Below, in pieces: positions 24,051 through 36,450 of a stretch of 64,000 bases of DNA; positions within the stretch are counted from its first letter, which is position 1, and every line of letters begins with the position of its first letter. The notes under the pieces are model-generated. The model worked only from the letters and a program-made list of their open reading frames with translations, did not search any database and was not told the DNA's origin. The stretch lies in contig JABVCE010000008.1 of NCBI GenBank assembly GCA_014905635.1, positions 1,364,001-1,428,000 on the forward strand. The letters are read 5' to 3'. A program made the position numbers and the translations under genes. This DNA comes from Scenedesmus sp. PABB004. Its lineage: Eukaryota.

Positions 24051-24989
24051 TCACACCTCCTCGGCAAACACCGAGCCAAACGCGTAGTACTTGTTCAGCG
24101 CCGCCACCAGGCCCGTGCAGAAGGCGCGGATGGTGGCGCGCAGGTCCTCGTCGACCGGCCGGTCGCACGTCTTCCTGCGGGCCGCGGCGGCCGCGGCGGA
24201 CGCGCGGGCGAGCGGCTCGGCGGCGGGGGCGGCGGCGGCGGCGGCGCGGGCCGCGCGCGCGCGGGGGCTGGCCAGCGCTCCCTCCCTTCCGCCGCTGCAG
24301 CAGCTGCTGCCGCTGCACATGCTGCCGCCGGCTGGTGCCGTTGCGGCCGCCGCGTGCCGCCGCCAGGTGCCGCGTGCCGCCGCCGGGCGCCGCCGGGCGC
24401 CGCCGCGCGCGCACCAGATCTCAAAGTGCTTGCCGGTCACCTCCTCCTGCTTTCCCTCCAGCGTGGGCATGCCGGTCTCGCTGTCCTGGCCAACCCACTC
24501 GCTGCGGACGGCGACGTCGTCGTCGAAGCCGACGCTCATCTCGGCCTGCGTGTTGCCCTCCTTGATGATCTCCAGGTCGAAGCCCCACGTGCTGCCGTCC
24601 TTGTAGCGCTTGTGCACCTTCATGGGCATGCCAAAGTTGCGCTGCCCGCCCTCCTCGGCCTCGATCATCGCCCACGACAGCAGCTGGTCCATCATGTCGT
24701 CGCGCGGGATGAACGCGGGAACCTCCGTCTTGGAGATGAAGAACCCCGTGCGCGGCAGCTTCACGGGCACCTGCTCCGCCGGCGCGGCGGCCTCCGCGCG
24801 ACACGAGAGGCGCAGCCGCTTCCCGGCATGCGGCGCCCGCGCCCCGCCCCGCGCTGCCGCGGCGCCGGGGGCCGCCGCGCAGCTGCGGACCGCAAATGAC
24901 CGCCACGCCGGCGCGCTGGGCTGCGCCTGCGGGCGCGCTGGCGCCGGCCTGGCCGCGGGGGCCTGCGCCCTCGACAGCAGGCACTGCAT
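24051..24989 (-). CDS. Probable chloroplast-targeted protein of unknown function, 2 exons
   Basis: Transit-peptide-like N-terminus ending RLSCRAEA; complex globular sequence ending LNKYYAFGSVFAEEV. Confidence 0.8.
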   Translation of the reverse strand: MQCLLSRAQAPAARPAPARPQAQPSAPAWRSFAVRSCAAAPGAAAARGGARAPHAGKRLRLSCRAEAAAPAEQVPVKLPRTGFFISKTEVPAFIPRDDMMDQLLSWAMIEAEEGGQRNFGMPMKVHKRYKDGSTWGFDLEIIKEGNTQAEMSVGFDDDVAVRSEWVGQDSETGMPTLEGKQEEVTGKHFEIWCARGGARRRPAAARGTWRRHAAAATAPAGGSMCSGSSCCSGGREGALASPRARAARAAAAAAPAAEPLARASAAAAAARRKTCDRPVDEDLRATIRAFCTGLVAALNKYYAFGSVFAEEV

Positions 24990-25225
24990 CGTGGCTGCCG
25001 GGCGCGCGCTGGCCGCCGTGAGCAGCGGTGAGCCGCGAGTGACGCCTGACGAGCTGCTCTGGCGCGCCGTCAGGGAGAAAAGGGCAGGCGCGGCGGCGCG
25101 GCCGCCGAACAAAACGTCGGCGCTGCAGCGCGGCAGCCGACCGGCCAGGGCGCGGCGGGCCGGGGCTGGGGTCGGTGTGTTGCAGCACCCTCGGCTCCCA
25201 CCACGGCTCGGCACACCACGGCTCG

Positions 25226-28200
25226 CTACCGACGCAGCTGCGTGCCGCGCCAGGTGCGGCGGAAGGCGGCCGCGCCGCCGCCCGGGCCCGCGCCCGCGCC
25301 TGCGCCACCGCCACCGCCGGCCGCCGCGAGCTTGGCGGCCGGCACGCTGGCGCCACCGCCGGCCCCCTCCTCGGCCAGGAACTGCGCGACTGCCGCGCCG
25401 CCGACCGCGGTCGCGGCGGGGCCGGGGCGGCGCGCAGTCGCGGGCGAGGCGCGGTTGTCGAGGCCCGGCGACACCGCGTCCGCGCCTGCGGCGGCGCCGC
25501 GCTGCCCGGCGCCCCGCGACGGCGTGAACAGGCGCAGCAGGCCGGCCGCGGGCGACGCCTTGCCGCCCGCCGCGGCTCCGCGCTCGGCGGCGCCGAGCGG
25601 CGCGGCCGCGCCCGGCGCGTCCTCGGCCGCCCCGGCTGTGTCTGGCGTGACCAGGTCAACCTCCTCCTCAGCAGCCCCCACGGCGGCGCGCCGCGACTGC
25701 GGCGTGGCCTCGCCGTCGGCGGGCGACCCGATGCCGGCCGAGCTGCCCGCCCTGCGCGCGCCTGCTGCCGCGGTGCCGCCCGCGCTGGCGGTGCTGCCGG
25801 GGCTGGGTGCCGCCCAATCCAGCTGCTGCGGCGGCGCCGCCGCCCCGCGGCGTGGCCGCGGGCTCTCTCCCCGGCTCGCCAGCGAGCAGGGGCTGCTGCT
25901 GCGCACGCTGGCGCTGGCGCTGCTGGACGCCCCCTCGTCCGCACTGGCGGCGCTGTGCGATGCCGACTCGCTCCGCCTCCGCGGCCCTGGGCCCCCGCGC
26001 TCGTCGCTGCAGCTGCCGCTCTCGCCCGCACCACACCCCACGCCCTGGCAGCCCTGCGGCTCCGGCGTCTGCTGCTCCGGCGCCTGCTGCTGCGCGCCCG
26101 GCGGCGGGTCGCCGGCGCCATCGCCGGCGTCGCCGCCGCCGAGCGTGTGCGGCCGGGTGCCCGTGGGCGTCGCCGGCAGGCGGTCGAGCAGCGACGCCGC
26201 CAGCGCCTCCGACAGGCTCGCCGCGTCGGCCATGAGGCTGTGCACCTGCAGCGCGAGGTGCTCCTTGCAGCGCAGCTTGTCGGCCGCCAGCTTCTGGACG
26301 CTGCTCTGGCGGCTGGCCTCCAGCTCCGCCTCGCTGCGCGCGCGCAGCTCCGCGAGCGTGTCGGCGTGCGCCACGCGCTCGTCGGCCGCGGCGCGCTGCA
26401 GCGCCGCAACGCGCGCCTTGCCGGCGTCGAGCGCGGCCTGCCACTGCGCGCGCTCCGCCGCGGCCTGCGCGCCGAGCGCCGCGGCCTGCTCTGCCGCGGC
26501 GGCGCGCTCCGCGTGCAGCTGGCGCTGCAGCTCGGCCGCGCCCTGCTCGGCGGCGGCGCGAGCGGCGCGCTCCTCCACCAGCGCCTGCGCCAGCGCCTCG
26601 CGCTCGCGCGCCTGCTCCGCCAGCTGCTGCTGCATCGCCGCGGCCGCGGCGCGCTGCTCGTCGCACGCCCGCGCCGCTGCGCGGGCCGCGTCGCCCTGCG
26701 CGCCCGTCTGCTGCCGCAGCTCGCCGCAGAGGCTGTGCAGGGCCAGCAGGCCGCTGCTCGCCTCGTGCAGCAGGCCCAGGCCGGCCTGCTGCGCGGCGGC
26801 GTCGCGCGCCGCACGCCCGTGCAGCTGCTGCAGCGCCGCGCGCAGCTCCGCCGCCTCGCGCGCCGCCGCGGCCGCTTCGTCCGCCCAGCGCCGCTCCCTA
26901 GCCTCCTGCATGGCGGCGGCAGGGTGGCGCGCAGGGCTCGAGCCGCCGCCGCGTGGTGTGCGGATTCGCAGCCCGCCGCCCGCGCGCTGCGCGCGCGCGC
27001 GCGCACCGCATCGTCCTGCAGCTCCGCGTACGCCGCCTCCACCGCGACGAGCTGGCGCGCGAGCAGGTCGTCGGGCGCGGCGCGGCCCTGCGCGAGGCTG
27101 AGCGCGTCGCTCAGCTCCTCCACCTGCATCTGCAGGCGGGCGATGAGCTCGTCCTTCGGTTCTCGGTTGACCACCGGTGTGTTGACCACCGCGCGCGCCA
27201 TCTCGGCAAAGCGCAGCGTCTCCTTGGTCTCCTGGAGGTCGGCGCGCGCGGTCGACACGCAGCCGACGACCAGCAGCCGGCTGTTGCCGCCGCCGAGCGC
27301 GTCCTGCAGGCGCAGCGTGAGCTTGGAGTTCCTGCGCGCCGCGGCGCGGCGCAGCAGCGACCGGGGCGGGCGCGCGCGTCGCCGGGCGCGTCGCCGCGCG
27401 CGGCGCGCACGCCGCCCTGCCCTGCCCGCGGGCGCGCGGCGCCGCCGCACCGGTACGTCGCGACGCGGCCGCCCCGGAACACCTCCTCGATCACCGTCTT
27501 AAGGTGGCAGAGGCTGCGGTTGATCAGGCCCGCCTCGCGCGCCTCCGCGCCGCTGCGCTTGATGTTCTCGCTGCCCGCCAGGTCCACCAGGTACAGCTTC
27601 CTGCACCGCAACGCGCGGCGGCGGCGCGCGGCAGCCGGTCGGCGCGGCACAGGCGCGGCAGAGGGGCGCGGCGCGCAGGCGGGCAGGGCTGCCTGCCGTG
27701 CTGCCGCCGCCGGGTTGCTTGCCGCCGCTGTTGGCCGCACCCGATGAGGTAGGTGCTAACCGGCGCCACCCCCGCGTCGCTGCCGCCGTCGCTGCTGGCC
27801 ACCGCGCCGCGCGGCGTGTCGGGCTCCTCGCTGCCGTCGCCGCCGCGCGGGCTCGGGGTCCCGCCCGCGGGGCTGCCCGCGCCGCTGCCGGGCGCGCTGC
27901 CGGCCGCGCGCAGCGTCACGCACTGCTCCAGCGTGATGGTCACGATGGCGTGGCTGCGGCTGCTGCGGTCGTTGATGCACGTCGCCGCGGTGCGGCGCTT
28001 GCGCAGCGTGCGCGCCACGAGCTCCTTGAGCTGCGCCGCGCTCGTGACGGGCACCTCGCGCCGGCTGTACTTGGCGCGCGGCGACGACGACGACGACGAC
28101 GCGGCGCCGGCGCTGGCGGCCGCCGCCGCGAGCTGTGGCGCGCGCGGCGGCGCCGCGCCCGGCCGCCGGGCGCCGGCCGCGGCGCCGCAAGCGGCCTCCG

Positions 28201-29073
28201 CCTCGCGCGCCGCCGCCACCGCAGCCGCCTGCTCCCTGACCGCCAGCAGGTCGGTGAATCGCTCCTGCGCGCCGGGGCGGCGCCGGTCCGCCGCCGGCGG
28301 GGGCGGCCGCGTGTCGCGCGCGCCGGCGGCTCGCGCGCGCAGCACGGCGGTCGGCGCCCGGCCAGCCAGCCGGGGCAGGCGCGGGCGCGGGCGCGGCGGC
28401 GCACCGAGTAGAGCTCTTCGACCGACACCGTCACGCCGCAGCGCCGCGGCTCGTAGCGCGCCGGCGAGAAGAGCTCATCGATCGCCTCGTGCACCAGCCC
28501 CGGCGCGCCGCCGCCGCCCAGCACGGTGTGCGTCTTGCCGCTGCCCGACGCGCCTGCGCGGCGCCGCCGGGCAGCGGCGCGCGGCTCGGGCGCAGCGCGC
28601 GCGGCGCGGCGCGGCTCGGCCGCAGCGCGCGCGGCCTCGGTATGAGGCGCGTGGCGCAGTCCTCGCGGGGGTTCTCACCGTAGGCGAAGACGGTGGCGTT
28701 GAGGCCCTGGTACAGCCCCGCCACGAGCGGGCGGACCTCATCGCCAAACAGCGAGTCGGCGGCGCGCCAGACGTAGATCGCATCGGCCTCAAACACCCGG
28801 CCCTCCTTGCCCGGCTGCTTGCTGGGCAGCAGCACCTGCACCGGGGCCGCGGCCCGGGGTGGCCCGCATGCGCCCGCGGCGGCGGTCGGCGGCAGGTTCG
28901 GCGGTTGCAGCGGGCGCGGCGGCGGCGCCGCGCGCAAGACTGCTCGCCTGGCCGGGGTTGTGCAGCAGAAGGTCCGTCCCCAGCGCCTCCTCCTCGCCGG
29001 GCGGCGTGGGCCGGGCCTTCAGCACGACCCGAGCACGACTGGAGCGGCCGCCGCCGCCGGCGCTGGACGGCAT
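25226..29073 (-). CDS. Kinesin motor protein (N-terminal motor, coiled coil, low-complexity tail), ~7 exons
   Basis: NATVFAYGASGSGKTHT P-loop, NDRSSRSH switch I, LVDLAGSE switch II, YRNSKLT, ETKETLRFA. Confidence 0.95.
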
Positions 29074-29382
29074 CGCTGCGTGGTGTGCCCCGGCTCGCTC
29101 AAGGCCCGACCGACGCGTGTTCGCCCCCGACCCCGAGTGGGAGCGCGCGTGTATGTGTGTGCAGGCTCGCGCGGGGCGGCGGCTGTTGCGGATGTTCAAA
29201 AAGCGGCGCGCATTCCGGCGCGCGCCGCCGCGCGCAGTCGGTCGTCGCAGCGCCGCAAACGGGGTTTACCCAGCGTCCTGCCCGCTCCGGCCTCCCCCCT
29301 CCCCCGGCCCCGTCCGCCGCGCCGCGAGAGCCATCCTGCCGCAGCGCTGGCCGCTGCCCGCGCTGCGCACGCGCCAGCAGCC

Positions 29383-30913
29383 TCACTTCCTGGCCTTGCC
29401 CGCCTGCACGTTCTTCTCTTTCTGGATGAGAACGCTGAACGTGCCCACGACCTCGGGGTGCTGCGCGCGCGGCAGCGGCACGCGCGGGCGGGCGGGCGGG
29501 CGGGCGGGCGGGCGGGGGGAGCGTCAGCGCACCCCTGCGGAGCGCCGCTGGCCGCCGGGCCGCCGATCCCGCCGCCGGGGCCCCGCCGCCGCGCGCCGCA
29601 CCAGGCGGACGCTGCACTCGTACGTCCCCAGCGCCTTGATGTCCGGCACCTCCAGCTCCAGGTCGGCGATGCTGCGCCCCGTCTGCTGGTAGATCGCGTC
29701 GACGATCTCCTGCTTGGTCACGCTGCGCGCAGCGCGACGGCGGCGGCGGCGCGTTGCAGGGCGGCGCGTTGCAGGCGCACGCCCGCCGCCGGCGCGCGCA
29801 CGCTGCGGCCCCCCGCCCGGCGGCGCTGACCCATTGCCAGCGCGCACCTGCCAAAGAGCTGGTCCTTGTCGCCCGCCTTCTTCTTGAGCGCAAACTTGCC
29901 GATCGTGGCCAGCGCGTTGGCAAACGCCTGCGCCTGGGCCTTCTCCTGCGGGGCGGTGAGCGCAGGCGGCGAGAGTGCCGCGCGCGTGAGCGCGGGCGCA
30001 GGCGGGCGCCCTCGGCGGCGCGCGCCGGCCGCCGGCGCGGGCGGCGCGGGCGCGCGGGCGCGGGCACCCTGCCGCGCGGACCTCCAGCTTGGAGCGCAGC
30101 GCCGCCTCCTTCTGCTTGCGCAGGTCCCTGCGCGCGGGGCGGGCGGGCGGGCGGCTCAGCGCGCCGTCAGGGCGGCGCTGCCGGACGCGGCTGCCTGGCC
30201 GCCGGCCGGCCGCTGCCGCCGCGTGGCCCCGCCCCGGGCCGCCGCCGCGCTGGCGCGCGGCCCCGCCCCGGACGGCCGCGGCGGGCGCGGGCGGCGCTGC
30301 CACGGGCGGCGCTGCGGGCGCGGGCGCTCACTCGAGGATGCTCGCGTTTGCGACCTTCGCGACGCCATTCGGGAGCAGGAAGTTGCGCCAGTAGCCGATC
30401 GGCACCGTCAGCAGCTGCCCCTGCGCGCCGAGCTTGTCGACGTCCTCCAGCAGGATGACCTGCGCGCGGGGCGGGAGGCCGCGGCTCCGACCTGGCGCCC
30501 GCGCGCGCGGCCGGCGGCAGCGCGCCGCCAACGACGCTATTGCCGCTGCGCGCCGCGGCGGCGACAGCCCGCGCCGCGGCCGCGCTGGGCGCGTGCTGCG
30601 GCCGCCCCACGAGCTCCGCGCCGCCGGGCCGCCGCAATGAGGCCGCCCCGGGGCGGGGCAGCAGCAGCTCGCGGGCTGTGGCTGCTGCCGCCCTTCTCCC
30701 AAGCCCGCGGCGCGGGGCCGCACCTTCTGCTTCTTCTGCACGCGCTTGTTGGCGGTCACCACCAGCGCGCCGCGGCTGCCCGCGCCCGGGCGCACCGCGC
30801 CGGCGCTCCGCTGCGGGGCGGCCAGCCATTGAGTCGGCGGCGGCCCCGCGGCGCCCGCGCAGCAGGGGCAGGCGCGCCGCGCTCACCACGCCGCTGCGCT
30901 GCATCGCCTGCAT
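29383..30913 (-). CDS. PRPL9: Plastid 50S ribosomal protein L9 (bL9c), 7 exons
   Basis: [11 protein letters not shown]...[22 protein letters not shown]...VRLHPEV; transit peptide. Confidence 0.95.
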
Positions 30914-31396
30914 CGCGCCGGGGCCGCAGCAGCGAGCTCTGCTCTTGGAGGGGCACTGGTGCCGCGCAGGTGCTCGGTGCGCGTGCTCGCGGCGACAGCA
31001 GTGCGGGCCTGGTTCGTCGTCCCGGCGGGCTCAATTGTGCAGACGGTCGCGGCGTGCCGCCTGAACCGCCGAGCAGCCCCGACGCGCGTGCTGCAGCCAG
31101 TCCTCCTCCTGCCCGCGATACGCGCACCCGCTCCCTCTCGCGCCAGTTCGCCCCGCCACCTCACCACCACATCGCCTCCACCACCGCCTGCGGCCGGCCG
31201 CTGCCGCCCTGCCGCTGCTGCCCGCCCTCGAGGCCAGCTCAGGCCGCCCGCTGGTGCGCCAGCCAGCCAGCCGAACGCCCCGATCCTGGGACGCCCCCGC
31301 GCCTGCCCCAGCCCTCCGAGCAGCCGCACGGGCAGGCGCTGCCCCCTCTGCGCGCGGCGCCGCGCCGACGCCGCCACTGCTGCCGCGCCCGCGGCA

Positions 31397-32639
31397 ATGG
31401 CAGAGCGCCAGGTGCGCGCCCGCGCCCGCGCCGGCCGCCTGGGTGATGCGTGGCGCGTCGGCCGCGCGCCGCGGCGCCGCCATCCAAGCGCGCGCCACCA
31501 CACGCCGCGCGCCGCGCCGCGCCGCCGCAGGGCGGGCAGTCGTCGGCCGCCGCCGCGGCGGCCGCGCTCTACGCGCCCGTGCTGCGCCCGTTCTGGGAGC
31601 AGCAGAAGCAGGAGGTAAGCAGCGTCGGGCGGGACCCCGCCGAGTTCAAGAACCACCAGCTCCCGCTCGCGCGCATCAAAAAGGTCGGCCGCCGCGCACC
31701 GCGCCGCGCGGCGCAGGGCGGCGGGCCCGCGCCCCCGCGCCGCTCACGCCCGCAACCGCCGCGCACCCGGCGGCGCGCAGATCATGAAGTCGGACGAGGA
31801 CGTGCGCATGATCAGCGCGGAGGCGCCCGTGCTGTTCGCCAAGGCACGCCGCCCGCCGCGCCCCGCCCCGCCGCGCCGCGCCGCGCCGCGCCGCCGCCAG
31901 GCAGCCAGCTCAGCTGCCGCCGCTGCGCGCCTCCCCCCCCCTCGCGCCGTCCCCCGCCCGCCGGGCAGGCGTGCGAGATGTTCATCCTGGAGCTCACGCT
32001 GCGCGGCTGGGTGCACAGCGAGGACAACCGGCGCCGCACGCTGCAGCGCTCTGACATCGCCGCCGCGGTGGCCAAGAACGAGATCTTTGACTTTCTGGTG
32101 CGCCCCGCGCCGCCGCGCCCCACCGCGCCGCCGCCTGGGTGCGCGCGCGCGCGCGGGCGCGGGGGCCGACCGCCGCGCCTCGCGCGCCGCGGCCGCCGCA
32201 GGCCGACGTCGTGCCGCTGGACGAGGCGACCAAGGCGGAGCTCGCGGCGGCAGAGGCGGGCGGCGGCCGCCGCCGCGGCGGCGGCGGCGGCGACGACGAC
32301 GACGACGAGAGCAGCGGCGACGGCACGTACGCCGAGGCAGAGGGCGGCGCAGAGGCGGGCCTGGCCGCGGCGGCGGCAGCGGCGACGCCGCCCGCCGGCG
32401 ACGCCGCGGCGGTCCGCGCGGGCCCGAGCAGCGCGCGGCTGCCGGGCCTGTCGCGGCAGCGCGGGCACGGCGGCTCGGCGCCGCTGCTGGGCCAGCGGTG
32501 GGGCGGCGCGGCCGCGTTCACGGCGGCGCAGGAGGCGGCGCCGCACGCGGCGTCGGCGCAGGCGCTGGACGGCAGCCGGGCGCGCCGTGGCGGCGGCGAC
32601 GGGGACGCCGCGATGCCCGGCGCGGGCGCGGGGCCCTGA
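31397..32639 (+). CDS. NF-YC: Nuclear transcription factor Y subunit C (HAP5), 5 exons
   Basis: [41 protein letters not shown]...RRTLQRSDI...FDFL. Confidence 0.96.
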
Positions 32640-32870
32640 GTCACGCTCGGGTCGCGGCCGGCCAGCACACGCGCTGTGCCAGAGTTGGCGGGCGCAGAAA
32701 AGGGGGGGGGCAGCGTGGACGCCTGTCTGCTGCTGCACGGGGCGTCGGCGCACGAGTTGGGCGCGAGGCTCGGTGTCCGAGGTTGTCGCGGTCGGTCGCT
32801 GTTAAACGCCCGCACCGCCGCGCCCCGCCGCCGCGCCCTCGGACAGGCGCGCGCCGTCGCTGACGGCGCG

Positions 32871-33977
32871 TCACTTCTGCGGCAGCCCCTCCTGGCTGCC
32901 CGCGGTGCCGGTCTTGACGCGGCTGCCTGCGTCGCCGCCGCCGCCGCCGCCCGCGGCCGCGCCGCCGCCGCCGGCGCCGCCGTTGGCGGCCTGCCAGCGC
33001 GTGATGTGCGCGGATATCGAGTCGGCGAGCTGCTCGGCGGTGAAGTTTTTGCCGTAAAAGGTCACAAACTCGCCCGCGGGGTCGAGGAGGTACATGATGA
33101 TCGAGTGGTCCACCAGGTAGTCCGCCTCGCTCTCGCCGGTCTTGTGGAAGTAGACGCGGAACGCCTTGCTCGTCGCGCGCACCGCCTCCTCGCTGCCCGT
33201 GAGGCCGACCAGGCGCGGGTGGAACTCGCGCACGTACGCCTTGACCGCGCGCGGGCTGTCGCGCGCGGGGTCGACGCTGATGAACACCGGGCGCACCTGG
33301 TAGCCGCCGGTCGCCGCCTCGATGCGGTCCAGCGCGGCCGCGAGCTTCTCGAGCTCGTCGGGGCAGATGTCGGGGCAGTGGGTGAAGCCGAAATAGAGCA
33401 CGCTGAACGCGCCGCGCAGGTCCTCGTGCGTGAACGGCCGCCCGTCCTGGTCGATCAGCGCGAACGGCCCGCCGACCGCGGCCTTGCCGACGACCTCCTG
33501 GCTGCGCTGCATCATGCCCTCCACCTTTTGCTGCGCCTTGTTCTGCGCCGCCGCGACGACGGCGAGGAAACAGCCGATGCCGACGAGCATGCTGTTGAAG
33601 GTGATCGGCGACTTGCGCCCCGCGCCGCCCCCGCCCGCCGCCGCGCCGCCGCCCGCGCCGGCAGCGGCTCCGGCGCCCGCGCCGCCGCCGCCGGCAGCAA
33701 AGCCGCGCGCGAGCGCGAGCGGGCGCGCCCGCGCCGCCGCCGCTGCGGCGCCGCCCGCGCGGCAGCGGGCGCCGCCCGCCGCGAAGCCGCGCGACAGGCC
33801 ATCCCAGCAGCCCAGGCCGATGGGCCGCTGGGCGGCCAGGCCGCGCCAGGCGGGGGCCCAGGCGCCGCCTGCGGCGGGGCCGGCCGCCCGCCACACGCCG
33901 CTGCTGCTGCTGCTCTGCCCTGCCGCCACGCCTCGGCACGCCAGCCGCACGGCAGCCAGGAGCGCCGAGCGCGACAT
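32871..33977 (-). CDS. SCO1: Mitochondrial copper chaperone SCO1/SenC, intronless
   Basis: GGPFALID, YFGFTHCPDICPDEL (CxxxC), FISVDPARD, YLVDHSIIMYL. Confidence 0.96.
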   Translation of the reverse strand: MSRSALLAAVRLACRGVAAGQSSSSSGVWRAAGPAAGGAWAPAWRGLAAQRPIGLGCWDGLSRGFAAGGARCRAGGAAAAAARARPLALARGFAAGGGGAGAGAAAGAGGGAAAGGGGAGRKSPITFNSMLVGIGCFLAVVAAAQNKAQQKVEGMMQRSQEVVGKAAVGGPFALIDQDGRPFTHEDLRGAFSVLYFGFTHCPDICPDELEKLAAALDRIEAATGGYQVRPVFISVDPARDSPRAVKAYVREFHPRLVGLTGSEEAVRATSKAFRVYFHKTGESEADYLVDHSIIMYLLDPAGEFVTFYGKNFTAEQLADSISAHITRWQAANGGAGGGGAAAGGGGGGDAGSRVKTGTAGSQEGLPQK

Positions 33978-34241
33978 GGCGCGGACGCGATGCAACCGGC
34001 GCCGAGCCGCAGGCAGCCCGGGATCGCGCGATAGGGCCGGCGGATGCGGGCGCGGTCACGTCGCAGCGATCGCGGCGAGCGCGTGCGCCTGCGGGCGTGG
34101 GCGCGGTCCTGGATGTCTGGCGGCGCTGAAATGGCCACGCGCGGCGCGCGCCCACATGCGCTCGCGGCAGAGAGGCGGCGCGGCGCGCTGGAGCGGTGCA
34201 GCGCGCCGCAGGCCCTGCGCGGTGGGTGGCGTCAACGCTTA

Positions 34242-34246
34242 TTACA
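34242..34246 (-). terminator. TGTAA polyadenylation signal for the dehydrin-like gene
   Basis: TTACA on + strand about 180 nt after the stop; TGTAA is the known chlorophyte signal. Confidence 0.6.
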
Positions 34247-34425
34247 ACGTCGCCCGCCGGCTCACTGTGCGCTCCAACACGCCATCATCACCAGCATCAC
34301 GCCGCCAACTCTCTGAGCACACGCCGCCGCCGCCGCCCTCCACGCACACACCGCCCCTCACACCCTCTCGCAGCGGGCGCCCGTCAGCCGCTGGCGCCGG
34401 TCGTCACGGTCGTCGTCGCGGTCGC

Positions 34426-35670
34426 TCACATGCGGCCCTCGGTCATCTTCTTGGCCTCGTACTCGCGCGTGCCTGCGGCGGCGCGGCGCGCGCGGGCTGA
34501 CCGGCCAGGCACGGCCCGCGCGCCGCGCCACCCGCGCAAGCCAACCAGTCACGCGCCGCGCGTTGAGCCGCCCGCGCAGTGTGCGCGGCGCGTGCGAGCA
34601 GGGCGCGCCGCCGCCCACCTGGCAGGGCCTCTTTGATCTTCTGGCCCACCGTCTTGTGCTCGCCCACGCCGGGCTCGCCGACGCCGGCGCCCATCACGCC
34701 CGCGCCGCCGTGCGCGTGGTGGCCGGGCTCGTGGCCGCCCAGGCCGCCCGCGCCGGTCACGCCGTGCGTGGGGTGCACCGCCTGCGCAACGCGGTGCTCC
34801 TCGGTGCCTGGCGGGGGGCAGGGGAGGGACGGGGGCGGCGGTCAGCGCGGCGGCGGCGGCTCGGGCTGGGCCAGCAGGCCCGCGCCGGCGTGCAGCCCGG
34901 CAGCGCCCGCCGCGGCTCACCGGGGATGGCGCTCTTGAGCTGCTCCACGCCGCGGTGCGCAGCCGTCATGCCGTGCGTGGCCTCGTGCCTGGCGGCGGCG
35001 GCAGCGGCAGCGTGAGCCCGAGCGCGCGGCACGGAGCAGGCAACGTGCAGCGCTGAGCGCGCGGGCGGCGTGCAGCGCGTGGGCGCGCACGCGTGGGTGC
35101 CCGGGATGGCCTCCGCCACGCGCTCGCCCATGCCCGGGTGGCCGGCGGTGTGGCCGGCGGTGTGGCCCATGCCCAGGCCGCCGCCGGTGCCGCCGATGAC
35201 GCCCGCCTGCTGCATGCGGTGCTCCTCGGTGCCTGCGCGGGCGGGCGCGGCGGCGGTCAGGCGGGGTCGGGCGGCGGCCGCGCGCCAGGCCGGCGGCGCG
35301 GTGCGGTGCGGTGCGCGGCACGCACCAGGGATGGCGGCCTTGACCTGGGACACGCCCTGGTGCGCGCCCGTGACGCCGTGCGTCGCCTGGTGCCTGCGCG
35401 CGGGCGCATGCGTGGGCGCGCGGGCGGCGGTCAGCATCGATGCTGACCGCGTGCGCGGGGCCGGCCTGCGCGGCGGCATGCACGCGCACTCGTGCGTGCC
35501 GGGGATGGCCTCCATGACGCGCTCGGTCAGGGGCTTGTTCGGCTGCACGCCTGCGCGTGCGCGAGTCGGCGGCGGGCGACGCGTCGGCGGCGCGCGGCGC
35601 GCGGCAGGCTGTGCGCGCGGCCGCGCCCACGGTGTCGGGGCGCACCCTGCTCGTGGCCGATGCGGTCCAT
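34426..35670 (-). CDS. Dehydrin/LEA-like hydrophilin with five K-segment-like repeats, 7 exons
   Basis: Gly/His/Thr-rich; repeats ERVMEAIPGT, SQVKAAIPGT, ERVAEAIPGT, EQLKSAIPGT, KTVGQKIKEALPGT. Confidence 0.75.
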
Positions 35671-36038
35671 GGCGGCGCGGCGGCGCGGGCGCGCGGCAGG
35701 CGCAGCGGTCGGCGGCGGGCCTGGTGTGCGTTTGTTGGTCGCGGGAGGTCGCTGGTGGCGTCGCGGTGTGCTGGCAGGACGGGTACTGTGTCGGGGGCGC
35801 GGGCGGGGCCGCGATTAAGAGGCGGCGACGGGGCGACGGTGACGCGCAGCTCGGGCGCCGCCCGCGTGACTGCCAGCTCCGCCTGCCTTACGAAGCTGCC
35901 CCTGCCCCGCCCGACCGAACGACCGCCCGCGACCGCCCGCCCCCCGCCGCCCGCCGCTCGCGACCGCTCGCGACCGCTGACCGCCGACCAGCTCCCGCGC
36001 TGCGCTCGCTGCTGCGGAACACCTGCCCAGCTCTCCCC

Positions 36039-36418
36039 CTACTTGTTGTAGGCGGTCCCGTAGCACTTGACCTCACCGGTGAGGCCGCTGCGGCCAAACG
36101 TGTAGCTGATGGAGTGCAGCTCGACGCCGTGCAGCGCGCTCGTGTCGGCGTGCTTGTAGACCTTGGCCATGATCGGCCTGCGCCCGCGCCGCGCGGCGCT
36201 GTCAGCGGCGGAGCCGCCGCGCGCGCGCGCAGCTGCCGGCGGCGCCGCGCCGGCAGGGCCAGGTCCAGCGCGCGCCGCAGCTGCGCCGTGCGCCGGGCGC
36301 GGCGCGCACAGGGTCACGACGCCAAAGCCCTGCAGCGCCAGGTCCAGCGCGACCTCGCCGCGCACGCCCGCGCGCGTGAGCTCCATGTCGCAGTCCCACG
36401 CCACCTCGTACGACGCGC

Positions 36419-36450
<32 letters not shown>

